Origin: a virus
DNA length: 64,000 nucleotides
IMG/VR virus record: IMGVR_UViG_3300032334_000335
Location: 22,556 to 86,555 of that record
Reading direction: 5' to 3' (one strand)
Shown here: positions 1 to 7,926 of the stretch, one piece after another
Numbering within the stretch: the first letter of the stretch is position 1
How the letters are laid out: each line of letters begins with the position of its first letter
Notes under the pieces: generated by a model
The model's database searches: none
Told to the model about the DNA's origin: nothing
The model's input: the letters and a program-made list of their open reading frames with translations, nothing else
Position numbers and translations under genes: made by a program

Positions 1-2
1 GT

Positions 3-122
3 ATGAAGATTATACAGTATATAGAAAACTACGTAAAGTATTTGCCAAGCCTAAATAAACAGGTATATGATTTAAAAGAAAACTTTTTTAGTTGCAATAA
101 CCTGCTAGAGAAGTTAAAATAA
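3..122 (+). CDS. Probable 3' end of an upstream gene (partial; ...KIIQYIENYVKYLPSLNKQVYDLKENFFSCNNLLEKLK*)
   Basis: Open frame from the window edge to TAA at 120-122, co-oriented with folE; not in the ORF track because it is under 60 aa. Confidence 0.55.
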   Translation: MKIIQYIENYVKYLPSLNKQVYDLKENFFSCNNLLEKLK

Positions 123-161
123 ACAATATGTCATCCACGACATTAACTCGGAGAATATTAA

Positions 162-986
162 TTGACAAAAGATTTTAAACCAGATCCAATAATGAACACA
201 CCTGACAACAGGGAGTTTGTTAAGGATGAATATCAGCCTTTGGGGAAAGAAGTATATGTTAAGGCTGCAGACATGATGTCTGATAAAGGTTACCAAGAAG
301 CTAATCTAGCAGATGCTATTCGCTTCAAACTGAAACGTGATAAGAAACGTTTCTGGGCTGGTGACAATATCAGTGATTATATCAGTGAAGAAGATAAAGA
401 CGTTCTAATCAAAGAAGCAACTGAAGCATTTGAAAAAGTACTCGATACGTTGCTTATTGATCGTGAGACTGATCCTAACAGCAAAGGCACTGCCAAGCGC
501 CTTGCTAAAATGTACTTTAACGAAATAATGGCAGGTAGATATGATCCAGCACCAGACGCTACAGCGTTTCCAAATGATTCGCAGGACCGTTATGAGGGTA
601 TGCTCGTTGTTCGCAGTGAGCTTCGGAGTATGTGTAGCCATCATCACCAACCCGTTACTGGCGTTGCTTATATTGGTATTTTGGCTGCTAACAAACTTAT
701 TGGACTATCCAAGTACACACGTATTGCCCAATGGTGTGCCCGTCGAGGTACTCTCCAGGAGGAGCTTTGTAATGATATTGCTAGGGAAATACAAAAAGCC
801 ACTGACTCAGAGAATGTAGCAGTCTATATCCAAGCGACACATGGATGCTGTGAGAATCGTGGTATTATGGCACATAGTAGCTTAACACAGACTACAGTAC
901 TCAAAGGTGCGTTCAAAGACGACGGTAATACTAAGAAAGAGTTTTTTGATAATATTAAACTACAACAAGAGTTTGCGCCACGTTAA
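162..986 (+). CDS. folE: GTP cyclohydrolase I (FolE type) with N-terminal extension
   Basis: Motifs SMCSHHHQP, GLSKYTRIAQW, LQEE and ATHGCCENRG (Zn ligands Cys/His/Cys); GGAG SD at 150-153 before the TTG start. Confidence 0.96.
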   Translation: MTKDFKPDPIMNTPDNREFVKDEYQPLGKEVYVKAADMMSDKGYQEANLADAIRFKLKRDKKRFWAGDNISDYISEEDKDVLIKEATEAFEKVLDTLLIDRETDPNSKGTAKRLAKMYFNEIMAGRYDPAPDATAFPNDSQDRYEGMLVVRSELRSMCSHHHQPVTGVAYIGILAANKLIGLSKYTRIAQWCARRGTLQEELCNDIAREIQKATDSENVAVYIQATHGCCENRGIMAHSSLTQTTVLKGAFKDDGNTKKEFFDNIKLQQEFAPR

Positions 987-996
987 GGAGAACATA

Positions 997-1230
997 ATGA
1001 AAACGTTTGATACATTTGAAGAAGTAGTCGGAATGATGCATTGCATGAAAAGGCCGATTGTGGTTCATGCTAAGAAGATAGACGAGGAATTCCGTGTCAA
1101 TACGCTAGAAGGCAACTATAAACAGGGAAAGCCTGGTGATTATCTTATGCGTGGTATTGATGGCGAGTTATATATTTGCGACGGACCTATATTTGAAAAA
1201 ACTTATGATTTCTTAGAAGGAAAACAATGA
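997..1230 (+). CDS. Small phage protein, PGDYG-like family
   Basis: TLEG...GKPGDYLMRGIDGELYICDGPIFEKTYD pattern; AAGGAG SD before ATG 997 favours this start over 907. Confidence 0.7.
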   Translation: MKTFDTFEEVVGMMHCMKRPIVVHAKKIDEEFRVNTLEGNYKQGKPGDYLMRGIDGELYICDGPIFEKTYDFLEGKQ

Positions 1231-1730
1231 GAGTCTATCGCATAACACCACTCGAAAAGAAAAGCGTTGTATACCATGTAGAAATGTTCCGTGAAAATAC
1301 GGATGGCTCTATCAGTTGGGTCAACATTGATGAGACATATCGATGGGGTCAAGGATTCATCGAAGAAGACATGGATTGTAACTTGCCGTATAAAGACAGT
1401 GATCTTGCCTACTGTGATCCTAATGCAGGTTGGGGCGCAGAACTAGACGACAGTTGTGCTTGCTGGTTTGAATACAGTGACGACTTTACCGATGAGGATA
1501 AAGAAGCGTTTGAAACAGCTTATCACGAAGGGGGTGCGGCTTGGTTGTTTGACGGTGAACACGATTGGCAAGAAGAACATTCTGCTATTCATGTACTAGC
1601 ACCTTTCCAAGTTGATTTATGTGAAGCCGATGGCACAGTTATACAAGAAAACATTGAACTCAAAGATAGGCCTAACCCTAGTACAAGTTGGCCTTTTAGC
1701 GCAGCATTTCCAAAACCTGAGGAGGAATAA
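1227..1730 (+). CDS. Hypothetical acidic protein
   Basis: 167-aa ORF with ATGA overlap on the upstream gene; Asp/Glu/Trp rich. Confidence 0.75.
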   Translation: MRVYRITPLEKKSVVYHVEMFRENTDGSISWVNIDETYRWGQGFIEEDMDCNLPYKDSDLAYCDPNAGWGAELDDSCACWFEYSDDFTDEDKEAFETAYHEGGAAWLFDGEHDWQEEHSAIHVLAPFQVDLCEADGTVIQENIELKDRPNPSTSWPFSAAFPKPEEE

Positions 1731-1948
1731 TGGAAACAGCCAAGGATCTAACTGATCATTTGATATTCCGAGCAAAGAATATGCAGGAGTTTATTGTGGA
1801 AAGAGATTGGGATCTAATCCCTGCCGGTGTTGTTAAGTTTGATATACAGCACACACAAGGCGAACCTGCTCGTATATTTGTACATGCAATGACACAAGAA
1901 GAAGCAGAACGTCAAGTTGACGATTGGTTTGGAGAAGGTGTAGAATGA
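1730..1948 (+). CDS. Hypothetical protein
   Basis: TAATG overlap and GAGGAGG SD. Confidence 0.75.
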   Translation: METAKDLTDHLIFRAKNMQEFIVERDWDLIPAGVVKFDIQHTQGEPARIFVHAMTQEEAERQVDDWFGEGVE

Positions 1949-2355
1949 TTAAGCCCTTACGTGACGATTTAATGGTACAACAACAAGTGGAAGATTCTTG
2001 GCAGCATTTTGTTGGCGTTATCATGCTGAACCAAACCGGACGTAAAGCAGTAAAGACCACACTTCCTGAGTTTCTATATTGGTTTCCGATGCCGCAGATA
2101 CTGATAGATGCCGATCCAGATTTTGTCAAAACTATTATCAAACCACTAGGAATGGTAAATGTTCGTTACCAGCGTTTGGTAAGAATGAGCCAAGACTACT
2201 TGACTTGGGACGGAAATGATGCTACAATGTTATATGGCATCGGAAAATATGGTTCCGATTCATATGAAATCTTTTATAAGCACAACTACACAGTTGAGCC
2301 CACTGACAAAGAACTAAAAAGATATCTAGAACAAGAGGTTTTTAATGTTGCTTAA
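1945..2355 (+). CDS. HhH-GPD DNA glycosylase, MBD4-like
   Basis: MVQQ...IMLNQT...IIKPLGM...LYGIGKYGSDSYEIF...EPTDKEL parallels the MBD4 glycosylase domain (LVQE...FLNRT...LKPLGL...LHGIGKYGNDSYRIF...HPEDHKL); ATGA overlap at 1945. Confidence 0.88.
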   Translation: MIKPLRDDLMVQQQVEDSWQHFVGVIMLNQTGRKAVKTTLPEFLYWFPMPQILIDADPDFVKTIIKPLGMVNVRYQRLVRMSQDYLTWDGNDATMLYGIGKYGSDSYEIFYKHNYTVEPTDKELKRYLEQEVFNVA

Positions 2356-2827
2356 ACTATTGGACAAGTTAGGTCGTAAGCGTATTATTATGGATCGTGT
2401 TGATAACGAACCATATCTAGAACGCTATTATTTGTTCCTTAAAGATCGCAATCGTTTTCCATTTAATATTTTTCTACATAAATTTTTAAAAGGCGATCCA
2501 GATGATGTGCATGATCATCCATGGCCCTATGCCACATTGATTTTGAAAGGTGGATATTATGAATGGATTCCGCAGTTTAATGCAGATGGTACAAAAAATT
2601 GTGAAATACGTAAATGGCGTGGACCCGGTCACTTTCGTACTTGTAGTCCTAACTCTTATCATCGTATTGAGCTTAAGCCTGGCGTGACTGCCTGGACATT
2701 GTTTATGCCCGGTCCTCATAAACGTGATTGGGGTTTCCTGGTCAATGATAACTGGATTCAAAACGAACAATATATGAAAACAAGGAAAGAAGAAGCTTAT
2801 GAAAAAGCACACAGTATCGTGGCATGA
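2345..2827 (+). CDS. Cupin-fold metalloprotein
   Basis: HDHPW...ILKGGYYE and YHRIEL give His/His/Glu/His cupin metal ligands. Confidence 0.75.
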   Translation: MLLKLLDKLGRKRIIMDRVDNEPYLERYYLFLKDRNRFPFNIFLHKFLKGDPDDVHDHPWPYATLILKGGYYEWIPQFNADGTKNCEIRKWRGPGHFRTCSPNSYHRIELKPGVTAWTLFMPGPHKRDWGFLVNDNWIQNEQYMKTRKEEAYEKAHSIVA

Positions 2828-3341
2828 TTTTCAAGGATTAATATCAAAGATTTGTAGAGACATCTCATTAAGCGATTGGAGACCAGACTATGTGGTAGGT
2901 ATTACCCGTGGTGGTCTCCTTCCTGCAGTTATGATCAGTCATTACTTTGATATTCCATGTCACACATTAAGTGTTCGCCTCCGTGACGGAGAAGAAGGTG
3001 CTGATACTGAAAGCAATCTTTGGATGGCAGAAGACGCATTTGGCCATCCTATTTACGATCCTATGGCATCAGGCAGTGGTCGTAAAAATATTCTTGTTAT
3101 TGATGACATCAACGACAGCGGTGCAACTATTAACTGGATCATGAATGATTGGCCTAGCGGATGTTTTCCAGACGACCCATCATGGGAAGAAGTATGGAAT
3201 AACAATGTTAGATTTGCAGTGTTGTTTGACAATCTAGACAGCAGATGCAAAGTTGATATGGATTATGTTGGCACTGAAGTAAACAAAGCAGAAAACGATA
3301 TTTGGATTGATTTTCCATTTGAAGATTGGTGGACAAAATGA
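2799..3341 (+). CDS. Type I phosphoribosyltransferase (xanthine/guanine PRT-like)
   Basis: YVVGITRGGLLPA, PRPP-binding ILVIDDINDSGAT and C-terminal WIDFPFE. Confidence 0.9.
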   Translation: MKKHTVSWHDFQGLISKICRDISLSDWRPDYVVGITRGGLLPAVMISHYFDIPCHTLSVRLRDGEEGADTESNLWMAEDAFGHPIYDPMASGSGRKNILVIDDINDSGATINWIMNDWPSGCFPDDPSWEEVWNNNVRFAVLFDNLDSRCKVDMDYVGTEVNKAENDIWIDFPFEDWWTK

Positions 3342-3577
3342 GTACCATTACAAGGCACAGCAATACCTGTAAAGTAACACAAGCATCTAGCAACAAAACT
3401 GTCGATGCTGAAGTTATGTCTTTTAACGAAGGCCGTAACTTAACTGTTGTTATGAATAAATCAGTTAAACTGATGATGTCATGGAACGGACGTATGTATG
3501 AAGGCAGAATGGCAGGTATGGATTTTATCAGCGAAGGTCCTGCTGTAAGTAAGACACAAACAAGTGCAAGAGGTTAA
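3338..3577 (+). CDS. Hypothetical protein
   Basis: ATGA overlap with the PRTase stop; about 79 aa. Confidence 0.7.
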   Translation: MSTITRHSNTCKVTQASSNKTVDAEVMSFNEGRNLTVVMNKSVKLMMSWNGRMYEGRMAGMDFISEGPAVSKTQTSARG

Positions 3578-3578
3578 T

Positions 3579-3953
3579 ATGACGGACTTAGATGAAGCTA
3601 AACAATCAGGTGTTGCTCCGTGGGACAATGCCGTTGAAAATATGGAAGATTTTCATGTTCAAGTATTCCGAGACAAATATCCTGTAACGGAAGGTCATCT
3701 ATTGTTTGTACCTAAATACAACACCGATGCGGTCATCCTTGAATGTTTTGAGTTTGCTTTAGAAGAAGGTCGACAGATGGTTGCTGCTGGTGAGTGTGAC
3801 GGGTTTAATATCGGACTTAATGTAGGGCTGTCATCAGGGCAAACTGTTATGTATCCACATGTTCATCTTATTCCAAGACGTACAGGAGATATGGAAGATC
3901 CTCGAGGCGGAGTACGTCATGTTATTCCAGAAAAAGGTAACTATAAAAAATGA
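3579..3953 (+). CDS. HIT-family nucleotide hydrolase
   Basis: DKYPVTEGHLLFVPK, GFNIGLN..SSGQTVMYPHVHLIPR (first triad His replaced by Tyr); GAGG SD before ATG 3579. Confidence 0.9.
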   Translation: MTDLDEAKQSGVAPWDNAVENMEDFHVQVFRDKYPVTEGHLLFVPKYNTDAVILECFEFALEEGRQMVAAGECDGFNIGLNVGLSSGQTVMYPHVHLIPRRTGDMEDPRGGVRHVIPEKGNYKK

Positions 3954-4096
3954 AAATGTTTAAAAAAGTCAGTGCTATTTTTATTTCAGCCAGTGCATTA
4001 ACCTTAGCAGTGTTACATTGGGGTACCCCGGAGAGCATGGCATGGGTAGTTGCGTTAGCAGGCTGGGTCCCACATTGTTTTAATGAAGGAGATTGA
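3950..4096 (+). CDS. Small 48-aa hydrophobic (membrane) protein
   Basis: MKMFKKVSAIFISASALTLAVLHWGTPESMAWVVALAGWVPHCFNEGD*; ATGA overlap with the HIT stop; fills the gap exactly. Confidence 0.65.
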   Translation: MKMFKKVSAIFISASALTLAVLHWGTPESMAWVVALAGWVPHCFNEGD

Positions 4097-4097
4097 T

Positions 4098-4325
4098 ATG
4101 CAAGTACGAGTAACAGAAGATGATAAAGAGTTTGGTAAGTGTGGTTGTGGTCGTAGCCCAACAGGTAAGTGTATTGGTTGGCATGGTCTAGAAGAAGGTG
4201 AGTTCCGCGAGAAACTGGCTGAATGGGAAATGGAAGACTATAAGCGCAGAGCGCAAGCGATGTGGAATGATAGTTGTACCAGCGTAAGAGCCCCTGGCGA
4301 TTCTGAGGGTGGAGACATTGACTGA
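4098..4325 (+). CDS. CDGSH-like iron-sulfur/zinc-binding protein
   Basis: CGCGRSPTGKCIGWH resembles the 3Cys-1His CDGSH motif; AAGGAG SD before ATG 4098. Confidence 0.65.
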   Translation: MQVRVTEDDKEFGKCGCGRSPTGKCIGWHGLEEGEFREKLAEWEMEDYKRRAQAMWNDSCTSVRAPGDSEGGDID

Positions 4326-4512
4326 GATCGTTGTCAAATGGGATAATCAAAATGTTCCTTGGTGGAACGAAACTTGTGCTCTAGTATTAGAACATTTCGG
4401 ACTACCTGGTGACAGATTTGTTTATACACCGCACGAAGACTATATGACATTTAAGTTCTTTAACGAACACGATGGGCTTATGGCTAAAATACTATTGAGT
4501 GATAGGATATGA
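4309..4512 (+). CDS. Hypothetical protein
   Basis: ORF in the overlapping + strand run. Confidence 0.65.
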   Translation: METLTEIVVKWDNQNVPWWNETCALVLEHFGLPGDRFVYTPHEDYMTFKFFNEHDGLMAKILLSDRI

Positions 4513-4703
4513 GAGACACTATTATAACTATAGTCTTAGTAATAGTTTTAGCAATGATCATGTTGTTTTCAGACTTCACTGGAAGCAAGGTCGTTGTATA
4601 TGACTGTGGAATGGCAGAATGGCATCCAGACATTCCACCAAGAGTCAAAGAAGAATGTCGTAGGTTAAAGTTAGAAGAATTAAAAAGCAGAGACACAATA
4701 TGA
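4509..4703 (+). CDS. Small membrane-anchored hypothetical protein
   Basis: N-terminal hydrophobic stretch IITIVLVIVLAMIMLF; ATGA overlaps at both ends. Confidence 0.7.
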   Translation: MRDTIITIVLVIVLAMIMLFSDFTGSKVVVYDCGMAEWHPDIPPRVKEECRRLKLEELKSRDTI

Positions 4704-4882
4704 ACAGCTGGACATTAACTGTAGAAGAAGATCCCGAAACTGGTGATGCTATCCTTACATTTCCTCCCGATCTATTAGAAAAATCAGGGTGGGTAGAAGG
4801 CGATACCCTAGAATGGATTGACCTAAATAATGGTAGTTGGCAACTCAAAAAAGTTGACAAAACTACTGAACAGAGTGTATAA
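4700..4882 (+). CDS. AbrB/MazE/SpoVT-like small DNA-binding protein
   Basis: VEED..GDAILTFPPDLLEKSGWVEGDTLEW pattern typical of swapped-hairpin folds. Confidence 0.6.
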   Translation: MNSWTLTVEEDPETGDAILTFPPDLLEKSGWVEGDTLEWIDLNNGSWQLKKVDKTTEQSV

Positions 4883-4883
4883 T
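4854..4883 (+). promoter_or_regulatory. Sigma70-type promoter for queE (TTGACA-N18-TATAAT)
   Basis: Perfect -35 at 4854-4859 and -10 at 4878-4883; ATG at 4889. Confidence 0.75.
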
Positions 4884-4888
4884 ATACT

Positions 4889-5752
4889 ATGAGCAAAATT
4901 AAAATCGCAGAGCTGTTTTACAGCATTCAAGGTGAAGGACGCTATATGGGTGTTCCTTCTGTTTTCTTACGTACATTTGGTTGCAACTTTAAATGTGCTG
5001 GCTTTGGTATGCTACGTGGTACATTAAGCGGTGAAGCAGATGTGCTAGCAGAGAAACAAGAAAAATATAACAAGTGGCCTACGTATAATGAACTTCCATT
5101 AGTAAGCACAGGTTGTGACAGCTATGCTAGCTGGCATCCTAGCTTTAAAGAACTTAGCCCAATGCTTACTAGTGATGCCATTGCAGATCGTATTTGTGAG
5201 ATATTGCCACATAATGAATGGCAAGACGAGCATCTGGTTATCACTGGCGGTGAGCCTTTGCTGGGTTGGCAACGTGCTTACCCAGACTTGCTGGATCATC
5301 CTAAGATGGCAGGACTAAAAGAGATCACATTTGAAACAAATGGTACTCAAAAGCTAACAGAAGAGTTTAAAGAATATCTAGTAAAGTGGCAAATGCCTAA
5401 CATGGATTTTGCAAGAGAAGTTACATTTTCAGTAAGTGCTAAACTTCCATGTAGTGGCGAAAAGTGGGAGGAAGCTATTCTGCCAGGAGTTGTTTGTGAA
5501 TATGAAGACTTTGGTACAGCCTATTTGAAGTTTGTCATTGCCACTGAACAAGATTTTGCAGATGCAGAATGTGCTATTGCCGCTTATCGTACAGCAGGAT
5601 TTAAAGGTCACATTTATCTCATGCCAGTGGGCGGTGTTGAAAGTGTTTATGCACTAAACAATCGCACAGTGGCAGACTTAGCTATGAAGAACGGTTTAAG
5701 ATATAGTGATAGATTGCAAGTGCCGTTATTTAAAAATGAGTGGGGAACTTAA
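4889..5752 (+). CDS. queE: 7-carboxy-7-deazaguanine synthase (radical SAM)
   Basis: ELFYSIQGEG..GVPSVFLRTFGCNFKC...GCDS, ITGGEPLL, FETNGT, YSDRLQ; linked to folE. Confidence 0.9.
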   Translation: MSKIKIAELFYSIQGEGRYMGVPSVFLRTFGCNFKCAGFGMLRGTLSGEADVLAEKQEKYNKWPTYNELPLVSTGCDSYASWHPSFKELSPMLTSDAIADRICEILPHNEWQDEHLVITGGEPLLGWQRAYPDLLDHPKMAGLKEITFETNGTQKLTEEFKEYLVKWQMPNMDFAREVTFSVSAKLPCSGEKWEEAILPGVVCEYEDFGTAYLKFVIATEQDFADAECAIAAYRTAGFKGHIYLMPVGGVESVYALNNRTVADLAMKNGLRYSDRLQVPLFKNEWGT

Positions 5753-6192
5753 TGAAGAAGATTATTGAAAAACTTTTTGGTATTGATAAAGTTCGAGCTG
5801 AAGCAGAGCGTTCAGTAGCAATAGCAGAAGAAGCAGCCAAGGCAGCGAAAGATGCTACCGCGGCAGCAGAGAGAGCCAAAGAAGCCGAAGAACTGGCAAA
5901 ACTCAGTGCAAAAGATAGAGCAACCAAACTAAAAGAACCTTGGGTAGGTGTACTAAACACACATATCAACAAAGATAATATCCGCAATGGCTTCTTTGAG
6001 CTTGACTGGAACGACCATTTTGTGTTAAAATTAAAGCAAGAAGGATACGGATTTGATGGTGATTTAGATGAAGAAATCGTAGACCGTTGGTTCCGTGAAC
6101 TTTGTGCTAACGTGGTAGTTGACGGTGACTTTGGCGGTGCCGTTAACACTGGCGTTATTGATATCAACTCAGTTAAAAAGAACAACAAATGA
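5752..6192 (+). CDS. Conserved-type phage hypothetical protein
   Basis: TAATG overlap with queE; Ala/Glu helical N-terminus and GFFELDWND..EEIVDRWF C-terminus. Confidence 0.75.
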   Translation: MKKIIEKLFGIDKVRAEAERSVAIAEEAAKAAKDATAAAERAKEAEELAKLSAKDRATKLKEPWVGVLNTHINKDNIRNGFFELDWNDHFVLKLKQEGYGFDGDLDEEIVDRWFRELCANVVVDGDFGGAVNTGVIDINSVKKNNK

Positions 6193-7175
6193 ACTATATT
6201 TTAGTAGATACAGCAAATACCTTTTTCCGTGCTCGGCACGTTATCAACGGTGACGCTGATATCAAACTAGGAATGGCTTTTCATATTACACTTAATAGTG
6301 TAAAGAAAGCATGGCAAGACTTTAACGGCAGTCACGTTATCTTCTGTTTAGAAGGTCGTAGCTGGCGCAAGGACTTTTATGCTCCTTACAAAGCGCAACG
6401 TGCAGAAGCTCGTGCTGCTCATACAGAACGTGAAGCAGAAGAAGAAAAAGTCTTTTGGGAAGCCTTTGACACATTCAAAGAGTTTATTACAGAAAAGACT
6501 AACTGTACAGTTATGCAGAATCCACGCTTAGAAGCTGACGATCTTATTGCTGGCTGGATTCAGAGTCATCCAAACGATAATCATATTATCATTTCGACAG
6601 ACACAGATTTTGTACAACTTATTGCACCTAACGTCAAACAGTACAACGGTGTTATGGAAACAACTATTACACACGAAGGTATCTTTGATGCAAAAGGCAA
6701 AAGAGTCATTGATAAGAAAACGCAAGAGCCCAAAGCAATCCCAGATCCAGAATGGCTCTTGTTCGAAAAGTGTATGCGTGGTGATACCAGTGATAATGTC
6801 TTCTCAGCGTATCCGGGTGTGCGTACTAAAGGCACAAGCAAAAAAGTGGGTCTTACTGAAGCGTTCGAAGATCGTAAAAGCCGCGGATATGCGTGGAACA
6901 ATCTCATGTTACAGAGATGGGTTGACCATAATGGCGTCGAACACAGAGTGTTAGAAGATTACGAACGCAACCGTCGACTTATTGATTTGAGTCATCAGCC
7001 AGAAGATATTAAAACGATCATTGCCGAGACCATTGCGACAGCAACAGGTGCTAATAAAAATATCAGCCAAGTTGGCATTCGACTTATTAAGTTCTGTAAC
7101 TTATACGATCTTAAGAAGATTGCCGACCAGGCACAGGCATATGCCGAACCATTAAATGCGAGGTACACCGTATGA
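6189..7175 (+). CDS. rnh: T4-like RNase H / 5'-3' flap exonuclease
   Basis: YILVD, SWRKDFYAPYK..R, LEADDLIA, IISTDTDFVQL, GDTSDNV. Confidence 0.92.
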   Translation: MNYILVDTANTFFRARHVINGDADIKLGMAFHITLNSVKKAWQDFNGSHVIFCLEGRSWRKDFYAPYKAQRAEARAAHTEREAEEEKVFWEAFDTFKEFITEKTNCTVMQNPRLEADDLIAGWIQSHPNDNHIIISTDTDFVQLIAPNVKQYNGVMETTITHEGIFDAKGKRVIDKKTQEPKAIPDPEWLLFEKCMRGDTSDNVFSAYPGVRTKGTSKKVGLTEAFEDRKSRGYAWNNLMLQRWVDHNGVEHRVLEDYERNRRLIDLSHQPEDIKTIIAETIATATGANKNISQVGIRLIKFCNLYDLKKIADQAQAYAEPLNARYTV

Positions 7176-7648
7176 CAGAACTACATGCTAAACCAATCAT
7201 CGATAACAAGTTTTGGATCGTCGAGAAAGATGGAGAAAAGTTTGCCACACTACGAAAGAATGATGACAATCGTTTTGTAATGAGCAATGAGCTCGGTGTT
7301 AAGATTTATGAGACAAAAGAAAAACTAACACGAGAGTTTGGTAAAAACTTTTTTGTAGTGAAGATTGTTAAAGAAGCAGATAACTCAGAGCCGAATGAAG
7401 TCCATGGATATCCTACAAGTACCTTGCCACACAACTCAATGTATGACGTGCAAAGAAAACTGCCCCTGTTTACAAAAAGTGGAGACAGTAAAAGTCTGTA
7501 CTGCGCCGGATATTATGTTATCCGATTTGATAAAGGCTGGGTTAAATCCTTTTGTCCTAAGTTAATCACTTTGCAGAGATATGACTATAAAGGTCCGTTT
7601 AAGACTGATATAGAAATGAAACAGGTGCTATCAAATGTCTCAAAATAA
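7172..7648 (+). CDS. Hypothetical protein
   Basis: 158-aa ORF with ATGA overlap. Confidence 0.8.
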   Translation: MTELHAKPIIDNKFWIVEKDGEKFATLRKNDDNRFVMSNELGVKIYETKEKLTREFGKNFFVVKIVKEADNSEPNEVHGYPTSTLPHNSMYDVQRKLPLFTKSGDSKSLYCAGYYVIRFDKGWVKSFCPKLITLQRYDYKGPFKTDIEMKQVLSNVSK

Positions 7649-7886
7649 CTTTCCTGTAACATTACCAACTATTGAAAAGCTAATACAACGTATAGCATCA
7701 GCTGAAAAAACGCAACAGAAAGACATTCGTATTTCAATACAAGAAGCACGTGAGTTAACTTCTGAACTAGCTGTATTAACTTCAAAATTAGGCAAAACAG
7801 TTACTGATATACACCAAATGCTAGCCGAAATACGCGAATCAACTACAAATATTGATGTAAAATTCGACGGCGGCGGCTTCAATTAG
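7635..7886 (+). CDS. Hypothetical helical protein ending DGGGF
   Basis: 83-aa ORF, coiled-coil-like. Confidence 0.7.
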   Translation: MSQNNFPVTLPTIEKLIQRIASAEKTQQKDIRISIQEARELTSELAVLTSKLGKTVTDIHQMLAEIRESTTNIDVKFDGGGFN

Positions 7887-7887
7887 A

Positions 7888-7926
7888 TATAAATATATAC
7901 GTGGTTAATTAGGAACACGTATATAT
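7888..7926 (+). promoter_or_regulatory. T4-type late promoter TATAAATA overlapping an 11-bp hairpin that covers the start codon
   Basis: TATAAATA at 7888-7895; ATATATACGTG (7893-7903) is the perfect inverse complement of CACGTATATAT (7916-7926); ATG at 7925. Confidence 0.75.

Noticed and set aside
123-161. Canonical preQ1-I or THF-II (folE motif) riboswitch
   Set aside because: The leader is short, the loop is only 6 nt and there is no A-rich tail; kept only as a low-confidence novel hairpin
907-996. Extended 5' end of the 107-aa ORF overlapping folE
   Set aside because: Strong AAGGAG SD before ATG 997 indicates the shorter start
3922-4350. 142-aa - strand ORF
   Set aside because: Overlaps coupled + strand genes with good SDs; no recognisable motifs
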